This document shows positions 45,698 through 51,605 of a DNA stretch of 51,605 nt, piece by piece (the stretch's first letter is position 1; each line of letters begins with the position of its first letter). Both the position numbers and the translations under genes were made by a program. Below the pieces are notes generated by a model. That model searched no databases. It was not told the DNA's origin and worked only from the letters and a program-made list of their open reading frames with translations. Origin of the DNA: Gemmatimonadota bacterium (GTDB taxonomy: Bacteria > Gemmatimonadota > Gemmatimonadetes > Gemmatimonadales > GWC2-71-9); assembly GCA_049323575.1 (NCBI GenBank), contig JBMOPM010000168.1, positions 1-51,605 of the forward strand. The letters run 5' to 3'.

Positions 45698-45720
45698 GGG
45701 GCGGCTCGCGAGCCCGCCCC
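45698..45720. terminator. GC hairpin between convergent S15 peptidase and csoR genes (putative bidirectional terminator)
   Basis: ggggcggctcg/cgagcccgcccc forms an 11-bp stem with one bulge. No long U tract on either side. Confidence 0.4.
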
Positions 45721-45730
45721 GGCGGGCCGC

Positions 45731-46102
45731 TCAACGGGCGTTGCGGTACATCAACTCCACCAGTTCCTCGTACATCGCCTCCGCGGCGTCGCGGTCGCCG
45801 GACCGGATAGCGTGGGTGGCGCAGTGGCGAAGGTGGCTCTTCATCAGGATTCGCCCCACCGACCGCAGGGCCTCGTGCGCCGAGGCGATCTGGGTCAGCA
45901 CGTCCGCACAGTAGCGCTCCTCTTCCACCATCTTCTGCAGTCCCCGGATCTGCCCCTCGATGCGCCGCAGCCGCTTGAGCACGGCGTCTTTCGCCTCGGG
46001 ATCCACGGCGACGGCGTGGATGGGCGTCGCGAGCGGCGAGTCACACGTCGCCTGACTCGCTGGCGACCCGCGACGCCCGACTGGTGACTTCTTCCTACGC
46101 AC
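45731..46102 (-). CDS. csoR: CsoR/RcnR-family metal-sensing repressor
   Basis: [14 protein letters not shown]......C.DVL.Q..A...AL......L...L.HC gives the C-H-C Cu(I) ligand pattern. The GTG start overlaps the copA stop by 8 nt. Confidence 0.88.
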   Translation of the reverse strand: MRRKKSPVGRRGSPASQATCDSPLATPIHAVAVDPEAKDAVLKRLRRIEGQIRGLQKMVEEERYCADVLTQIASAHEALRSVGRILMKSHLRHCATHAIRSGDRDAAEAMYEELVELMYRNAR

Positions 46103-48455
46103 GAAACCTCCGCAGCCTCAGGCTGTTCGTCACCACGCTCACGCTGCTCACCGCCATCGCCGCGGCCGCCATCGCCGGCGTGAGCAGGATGCCGAACGCG
46201 GGGTAGAGCACCCCCGCCGCCACCGGAATCCCGACCACGTTGTAGATGAACGCCCAGAACAGATTCTGCCGGATGACCGTGAGCGTCTCGCGGCACAGCG
46301 CGATCGCGCGCGGCACGCCGCCCAGGTCGCCCTGCATGAGGGTGATCGCGGCCGCCTCGATGGCGACGTCCGTGCCGGTGCCCAGCGCGATGCCCACGTC
46401 CGCCTGGGCCAGGGCCGGCGCATCGTTGAGCCCGTCGCCCACCATTGCGACCACCTTGCCGCCCTGCTGCTCCGACCGCACGACGTCGAGTTTGCCGTCC
46501 GGCAGCACCTCCGCGATGACCCGGTCGATCCCCACCTCCCGCGCGACGCGCTCGGCGGCCTGGCGCTGGTCGCCGGTGAGCATCACGACGTCGAGGCCCA
46601 GCGCCCGGAGGCGGCGCACCGCGTCGGCGCTGGTGGGCTTGATCGGGTCGGCCACGCCCAGCACGCCGACGGGTTGTCCGTCGACGGCCGCGAGGATCGG
46701 CGTGCGGCCCTGCTCGGCCAGTTGCGCGACCAGCGGCTCCAGCGGCCCCACCTCCACGCCCGATTCGCGGAGGAACCGCGCGGTGCCGGCCCGCACGCTC
46801 CGGCCGTTGACCACGCCCGCCACCCCGCGGCCCGGCGAGGCCGAAACGTCGGACGGGGCGCCCAGCGCAATGCTCCGCGCCTCCGCACCCTGCACCACGG
46901 CGGTTGCCAGCGGGTGCTCGCTCTGGCGCTCCACGCTCGCGACGAGTCCGAGCAGGTCATCGGCCGTCATGGGAGGCAGCGGCACGACGTCCGTGAGCGT
47001 CGGCTTGCCCTCGGTGATGGTGCCGGTCTTGTCGAGGATGACGGTGTCCAGGCGGGCGGCGCGCTCCAGCGCTTCCCCGCCCTTCACCAGCAGGCCGAAT
47101 TCGGCGCCCCGACCCGTCGCCACCATCACGGCCGTCGGCACGGCCAGCCCCATGGCGCAGGGGCAGGCGATGATGAGCACGGTCACCGCCGCCGCGAGCG
47201 CGTGCAGCACCCGGGGCTCGGGACCGACATCGAACCAGATCACGAACGTGGCGATCGCGATCGAGATCACCACCGGGACGAACACCGCCGAGATCCGGTC
47301 GGCGAGGCGTTGAATGGGCGCCTTGGCGCCCTGCGCCTCACCCACCAGCCGGATGATCTGCGCGAGGACCGTATCCTGGCCGACGCGAGTGGCGCGGAGC
47401 CGGAGCACGCCATTCTGGTTGAGCGTGGCACCCACCACGGGGTCGCCCGGCTGCTTGGCGACCGGCAGCGGCTCGCCCGTGAGCATCGATTCGTCCACGG
47501 CGCTGGTGCCTTCGAGCACCAGGGCATCGGTAGGAATCCGCTCGCCGGGGCGCACGATGAGCTCGTCGCCGACCCGCACGCTGTCGAGCGGCACCTCGAC
47601 CTCCGTGCCCCCGCGCACTACGCGCGCCGTGGCCGGCTTGAGTCCCACGAGCCGGCGGATCGCGTCCGACGTCCGGCCCTTGGCCCGTGCCTCCAGCAGG
47701 TTGCCGAGGAGAATCAGCGCGATGATCGCCGAGACGGCCTCGTAGTAGACCTGCGGTGCCAGGCCCCGCGCCGCAAACCAGCCCGGCGCCACGGTCATCA
47801 CGACGCTGAACAGGAAGGCGGCGCCGGTGCCCACGGCGATGAGCGTGTTCATGTCCGCGGCATGATGCCGGAACGCGGCCCAGGCGCGGGTGTAGAAGTG
47901 GCGGCCGGCCCAGCCCACGACGGGCAGCGTCAGCCCCAGGAGGATCCACCGCCACCCATCGGGCGCGATCGCCGCCATCCACGGGAAGGCGGCGCGAATG
48001 CTTGCCGAAAGCGGCATCATGAGCCGCATCAGCGGATCGGCCATCGCCGCGGGACCCGCCAGCTCGGCCAGCGGCATGCTGGCGACCATCGTGATGACCG
48101 CGATCACCGCGCTCACCCCGAACTTCCGCGTGAGCGATGCCACCTCGGCGGCACGCTCCCGCTCCCGGGCCTCGACCAGCTCGCCGGCGCCGGCGCCCGG
48201 CGTGGGCAACTCCGCGCCATAGCCCGTATCGCGGATGGTCTCGACCAGGCGGTCGGGCGTGGTCACCGCGGGATCGTACGTGATCGTCGCCGCGGCGGTC
48301 ATGAGGTTCACGCTGGCGCTGGCGACACCCGGGGTCTTCTCCAGCGTGCGCTGGATGCGGGCGCTGCATGCCGCGCAGGTCATTCCCGAGACCGGGATGG
48401 TGCAGGTCCCGGTCGCCTGATCGTCGGGTCGGGAGTGTACGACGCCAGCAGACAT
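46095..48455 (-). CDS. copA: copper-translocating P1B-type ATPase
   Basis: N-terminal [20 protein letters not shown] (ACPCAMGLA), [15 protein letters not shown]. Confidence 0.93.
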   Translation of the reverse strand: MSAGVVHSRPDDQATGTCTIPVSGMTCAACSARIQRTLEKTPGVASASVNLMTAAATITYDPAVTTPDRLVETIRDTGYGAELPTPGAGAGELVEARERERAAEVASLTRKFGVSAVIAVITMVASMPLAELAGPAAMADPLMRLMMPLSASIRAAFPWMAAIAPDGWRWILLGLTLPVVGWAGRHFYTRAWAAFRHHAADMNTLIAVGTGAAFLFSVVMTVAPGWFAARGLAPQVYYEAVSAIIALILLGNLLEARAKGRTSDAIRRLVGLKPATARVVRGGTEVEVPLDSVRVGDELIVRPGERIPTDALVLEGTSAVDESMLTGEPLPVAKQPGDPVVGATLNQNGVLRLRATRVGQDTVLAQIIRLVGEAQGAKAPIQRLADRISAVFVPVVISIAIATFVIWFDVGPEPRVLHALAAAVTVLIIACPCAMGLAVPTAVMVATGRGAEFGLLVKGGEALERAARLDTVILDKTGTITEGKPTLTDVVPLPPMTADDLLGLVASVERQSEHPLATAVVQGAEARSIALGAPSDVSASPGRGVAGVVNGRSVRAGTARFLRESGVEVGPLEPLVAQLAEQGRTPILAAVDGQPVGVLGVADPIKPTSADAVRRLRALGLDVVMLTGDQRQAAERVAREVGIDRVIAEVLPDGKLDVVRSEQQGGKVVAMVGDGLNDAPALAQADVGIALGTGTDVAIEAAAITLMQGDLGGVPRAIALCRETLTVIRQNLFWAFIYNVVGIPVAAGVLYPAFGILLTPAMAAAAMAVSSVSVVTNSLRLRRFRA

Positions 48456-48467
48456 TGTCTTATCTCA

Positions 48468-48845
48468 TCAGTCAGCGATCAGCCGCCCGCGGATCATGCC
48501 CATGCCGCAGGTGAACTCGTAGGTGCCGGGCTCAGGCGGTGTGAACTCCACCGCGGTGCGCTGATGCGCCGGCAGGAAACGGCGAATGCCGAAATCGCCG
48601 AAGACCACTTCCTCGGTGCAGCTGTCCGTGTCGGTGCGATGGAACACGAGGCGCACCGGCCGGCCAGCCCGGACGCGAATGGTCGACGGCTCATACCCGC
48701 CGGCCACCTCGACGGCGATCTCCTGGTGCCCCGACGCGGTCGCCATGGCGGCTCTGGGGGCCGGCCGGGCGAAGAAGAAGTACCAGTTGACCCAGCCGAT
48801 GGCGGCGAGGCCCGCGAGGGTGACGAGGAGCTGGGCCGTGGACAT
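48468..48845 (-). CDS. membrane-anchored cupredoxin-like domain protein (Cupredoxin_1 type)
   Basis: N-terminal TM, then a ~90-aa beta domain ending YEFTCGMGMIRG, which is typical of copper-operon cupredoxin-like proteins. Confidence 0.7.
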   Translation of the reverse strand: MSTAQLLVTLAGLAAIGWVNWYFFFARPAPRAAMATASGHQEIAVEVAGGYEPSTIRVRAGRPVRLVFHRTDTDSCTEEVVFGDFGIRRFLPAHQRTAVEFTPPEPGTYEFTCGMGMIRGRLIAD

Positions 48846-48851
48846 GGCGGC

Positions 48852-49058
48852 CTACGCCGCGGTGGCCCGGTAGCCCGCCTCGGCCACGGCGGCGGCGATG
48901 GCCTCCGCGCTGGTCCGGGCTTCGTCGTACTGTACCGAAGCCCGGCCCATCTGGACCGATTCGACGGTCACCCCGGGGATGGAGGCCAGGGCCTGGTTGA
49001 CCGCATTCAGGCAATGGCCGCAGCTCATGCCTTCGATGTGCAGGATCGCGCTCTTCAT
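48852..49058 (-). CDS. copZ: copper chaperone CopZ (HMA domain)
   Basis: GMSCGHC metal-binding loop. 68 aa ferredoxin-like HMA fold. GGGAG Shine-Dalgarno. Confidence 0.9.
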   Translation of the reverse strand: MKSAILHIEGMSCGHCLNAVNQALASIPGVTVESVQMGRASVQYDEARTSAEAIAAAVAEAGYRATAA

Positions 49059-49091
49059 GGATGTCGCTCCCGGTGTCAGGGGTCCGGTGGA

Positions 49092-49120
49092 AAGATAGGG
49101 GGAGGGGGTATATAACGCAA
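49092..49120 (-). promoter_or_regulatory. candidate cop operon promoter (TTGCGT-17-TATCTT) with a homopyrimidine mirror repeat filling the spacer
   Basis: The minus strand reads TTGCGT tatataCCCCCtCCCCC TATCTT. The element lies about 30 nt upstream of the copZ Shine-Dalgarno/ATG. Confidence 0.4.
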
Positions 49121-49142
49121 AAGGCCCCGGCGCGCTCCGGGG
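49117..49142 (-). terminator. rho-independent-type terminator on the minus strand just upstream of the cop promoter
   Basis: The minus strand reads ccccgg-agcgcg-ccgggg followed by ccTTTTg. Confidence 0.5.
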
Positions 49143-49520
49143 TGGGCGCGGCGTTGGGCATCAGCATCTGTTCCTGGGCGGGGCGTTCGCGTCGAGATGC
49201 CTCGCCCCGCACCGGCGCGCGCGGCCGACATCTGGGGAAAAGCAGCAGGGCCCGACGGGCGGTCCGCCGGGCCCCGCTCCGCGCGTCCCAGGAGGTACGC
49301 CGCCTGCGTGGGCGCGCGTAGCATCCCACACGACGCTGCTCCGACGGGAGCGAAGTGGATCAGCGGCACAGGCACCGCGTTCCAGCGGGCCGCCCATCGG
49401 GTGGTCCTGCCGGCCGGGCCGCCGGCGTGGGTCCACCTGCTGCCCCATGGCCCGTTCAGCGGTTGGGGTGATCCCCGGGTCGATGGTGATCGAGTTGCCC
49501 CGCGCCCCGCGTCATATCGG

Positions 49521-51605
49521 TCAGAAGTCCGTTCCCACCCGGATGACCAGGTTCCGCCCCATACCCAGGTTCCGGTCGAACGCGGTAAACTCGCGGTAGC
49601 GGTTCAGCCAGTTCGTGTAGCTGGTGTTGAGCGCATTGCGGAGCTGGAGGTCCACGTTGAGCGCGGCGCGACCGGTCGGGATCCGCGCGCCGGCGCCGAT
49701 GTTGACGAGTGTGTAGCCCGGCGGCACGGGGGTACCGGGCGCGAGCTCGTTCGGGTCGATCCGGGTCTGCTTCGCGTTCGACTCCCCGCCCACCTGCAGA
49801 TATGGCCGCTGGTACCACTTCCCGTCCTTGCCGAGCAGCTTGACGCTGTAGGTGGCGCGGAACGGCGGGATCCACGGCAGCGGCTGATCGAGCGACCGGT
49901 TCTGCGCGCGCACGTAGTCCAGGCCGCCCTGGAACTCGACTGCCGGAATCGGATGCCAGTCCACCGACCCTTCGAAGCCCCAGAAGCGGGCGTTGCCATG
50001 GGTCACGACGTACTCGCGGAGTCCCGACGCCTCGGGGTCGGCGGGGTTGTCGTCGAACTGACTGGTGGGCAGCGGATAGATGAAGTTGCTGATGGTGTTC
50101 ACGTAACCGCCTACCTCGAGGCTCACCATCCCGCTCTGCACGCGGAGGGCGAGGTCGGTGTTGAGCGAGGTCTCGTTCTTCAGGTCCGGCTGCCCGATCA
50201 GGAACTGCTGCGTCCCCTCGTGCACGCCGAAGGCGAACAGATCGAACGTGCTTGGCGCCCGGAAGCCGCGGCCCACGTTGAGCACCAGGGCCGCCGGCTC
50301 GGCGATCCGGTAGAGCACGCCCACGTTGCCCACGAGCGAGTTGAAAGTGCGGGTCTGCGCGGCCACGGTCCGCGCGCGGGTGTCGCGGCCGACGGTGCCC
50401 GCCTTCACGTCCAGCGTGCGGTGATCGTAGCGGACTCCGAAGGAGAGGTTCCAGCGGTCGAGATCGACCTGCTCGAAGGCGAAGAGGCCAACGTTCCAGA
50501 GATCGCTCTCGGGGATCAGCTTCTCCGGCCCGAACCGGGTCAGGTCGTTGACGAACGCCTGGGCACCGATGATCCCCACCATGCGGCCGATCGGCGCGTG
50601 ATGGAAGTGCAGGTCACCGGTCCACGCCGTGGACCTGAGTCCCGCGTCGACGTCGGCTTCGGTGTCGTTCCGGTCCGCGAACTCGCGCCGGTTGTTCCGC
50701 TGGAAGCCGAGAATGGCCTCGATCCGCGCGGCGTCGCCCGCGGGCAGGGTGAGCGCGATGCGGGCCCGGTTGTCGGTGACGCGCTGGAACGGCGTGGCCG
50801 CCGGGTCCTCGTCGAGCAGCTGGATCCGTTCGTTGCGCTGGGTGTACGTCGCGACGACCGAGCCCCACCCGCCCCTGAATCCGGCCGTGGCCGAGCCGCC
50901 CAGGGCCTCGTTGCCGCTGTTGGCCAGCGTGCCGCGCGCGGTCCGCACGTCGTCCGAGGTGCGGCCGGTCAGCGAGGCGCGCCAGCCGAACCCGCCGTTC
51001 GCTCCCTCGAGGAGCACGGTGGCGTCCGGGTTCCGGTTGTTGGTGCCGAAGGCGGCCGAGAAGCGGGCCCGCAACATCGGCGCGCGGCCGATCGCGTCCG
51101 GCAGATCGCTCGGGATCACGTTCACCACGCCGCCCAGCGCGTCGGACCCGTAGAGCACGCTGGCCGGCCCCTTGATGAGTTCGATCCGGTCGGCCGCCGC
51201 CACCTCGACGTTGGGGCTGTGTTCGTCGGCCCAGGACTGCGTCTCGGTGCGCTGGCCGCCGTCGAGGACCAGCACCCGGTTGCTGGTGAGGCCGCGGATC
51301 ACCGGCTTGCCGATGCCGACGCCGGTCTCCCAGCTCCGGACACCGGGCGTCGTCGCGATGGTGGCGCCGAGGCTCGCCGCCTGGTTGGTCCGAAGCGCGT
51401 CGCCGGCCACCACGGCCGTCGGCTGGGGAGACGACAGGGCGGATCCGGCGTTGGGCGTGGCCGTCACCTGGATGGCGGGCAGCTCCACCAGCGCTGCCTG
51501 CATCGACACGTCCAGGATGATGTCCTGGTCGCCGATGGTGACGCGGGCCGACTTGGGCGCGTAGCCGATCGCGCGGAACGCGACGAGGTAGGTACCCGGC
51601 GGCAG
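49521..51605 (-). CDS. TonB-dependent outer-membrane receptor with N-terminal CarboxypepD_reg-like domain, 5' end beyond the window
   Basis: The frame stays open to nt 51605 (LPPGTYLVAFRAIGYAPKSARVTIG... is a carboxypeptidase-regulatory-like fold). The plug carries IELIKGPASVLYGSDALGGVVNVI. The C-terminus is ...NLVIRVGTDF. Confidence 0.88.
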   Translation of the reverse strand: MPPGTYLVAFRAIGYAPKSARVTIGDQDIILDVSMQAALVELPAIQVTATPNAGSALSSPQPTAVVAGDALRTNQAASLGATIATTPGVRSWETGVGIGKPVIRGLTSNRVLVLDGGQRTETQSWADEHSPNVEVAAADRIELIKGPASVLYGSDALGGVVNVIPSDLPDAIGRAPMLRARFSAAFGTNNRNPDATVLLEGANGGFGWRASLTGRTSDDVRTARGTLANSGNEALGGSATAGFRGGWGSVVATYTQRNERIQLLDEDPAATPFQRVTDNRARIALTLPAGDAARIEAILGFQRNNRREFADRNDTEADVDAGLRSTAWTGDLHFHHAPIGRMVGIIGAQAFVNDLTRFGPEKLIPESDLWNVGLFAFEQVDLDRWNLSFGVRYDHRTLDVKAGTVGRDTRARTVAAQTRTFNSLVGNVGVLYRIAEPAALVLNVGRGFRAPSTFDLFAFGVHEGTQQFLIGQPDLKNETSLNTDLALRVQSGMVSLEVGGYVNTISNFIYPLPTSQFDDNPADPEASGLREYVVTHGNARFWGFEGSVDWHPIPAVEFQGGLDYVRAQNRSLDQPLPWIPPFRATYSVKLLGKDGKWYQRPYLQVGGESNAKQTRIDPNELAPGTPVPPGYTLVNIGAGARIPTGRAALNVDLQLRNALNTSYTNWLNRYREFTAFDRNLGMGRNLVIRVGTDF

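Noticed and set aside
46674-49115. 813-aa plus-strand ORF antisense to copA, cupredoxin and copZ
   Set aside because: It has no recognisable motifs and an Arg/Gly/His/Asp-rich composition. The opposite strand encodes textbook CopA, cupredoxin and CopZ.
49061-49448. ORFs 49061..49321 (+), 49076..49375 (-) and 49161..49448 (-) as genes between the cop operon and the TonB receptor
   Set aside because: The translations are Arg/Pro/Gly-rich and run through terminator-like hairpins. None has a ribosome-binding site.

Overview
This is a high-GC (about 70%) bacterial chromosomal window. It is densely packed with housekeeping and envelope genes, many with 1-8 nt start/stop overlaps. The gene content and the CarboxypepD_reg-type TonB receptor suggest a Gemmatimonadota- or Acidobacteria-like organism, but I hold that only weakly. 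All functions below come from reading motifs in the supplied translations; no searches were run.

Left to right:
- 1-9202: a DUF59/SufT-like gene (cut by the window edge), rnd, a thioesterase-alpha/beta-hydrolase fusion, a DUF1624 membrane protein, a ferredoxin, a PlpD-like (type Vd) patatin autotransporter, and xth-def.
- 9365-16305: a sufR-sufBCDSU operon that continues through a bacilliredoxin gene and an unknown 93-aa ORF to a clean intrinsic terminator.
- 16447-24003: an ABC-2 exporter, then mnmG, two consensus parS sites, and parA-parB-M23 peptidase-bactofilin.
- 24099-30642: a BMP-type ABC importer with an embedded NIF3 gene, a decayed scar region, and a TolB-like propeller protein.
- 30659-36462 (minus strand): a GNAT-TrpF fusion, plsC, ltaE, and an orf96-queG-deaminase-VOC-DinB operon.
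- 36584-45675 (plus strand): a Cys4 microprotein, LOG, a deoxyhypusine-synthase-like gene, an MFS, a 1132-aa internally duplicated CPBP protease and an S15 peptidase.
- 45731-51605: a copZ-cupredoxin-copA-csoR copper operon and a TonB-dependent receptor cut by the window edge.

I saw no rRNA, tRNA, CRISPR array, transposase or recognisable defence system.

Most unusual observations:
- the duplicated giant CPBP protease and the six-gene array around it;
- short AT-rich rare-codon islands and a perfect hairpin inside conserved genes (queG, mnmG);
- several gene relics and direct repeats that mark old rearrangements;
- the parABS-M23-bactofilin module.
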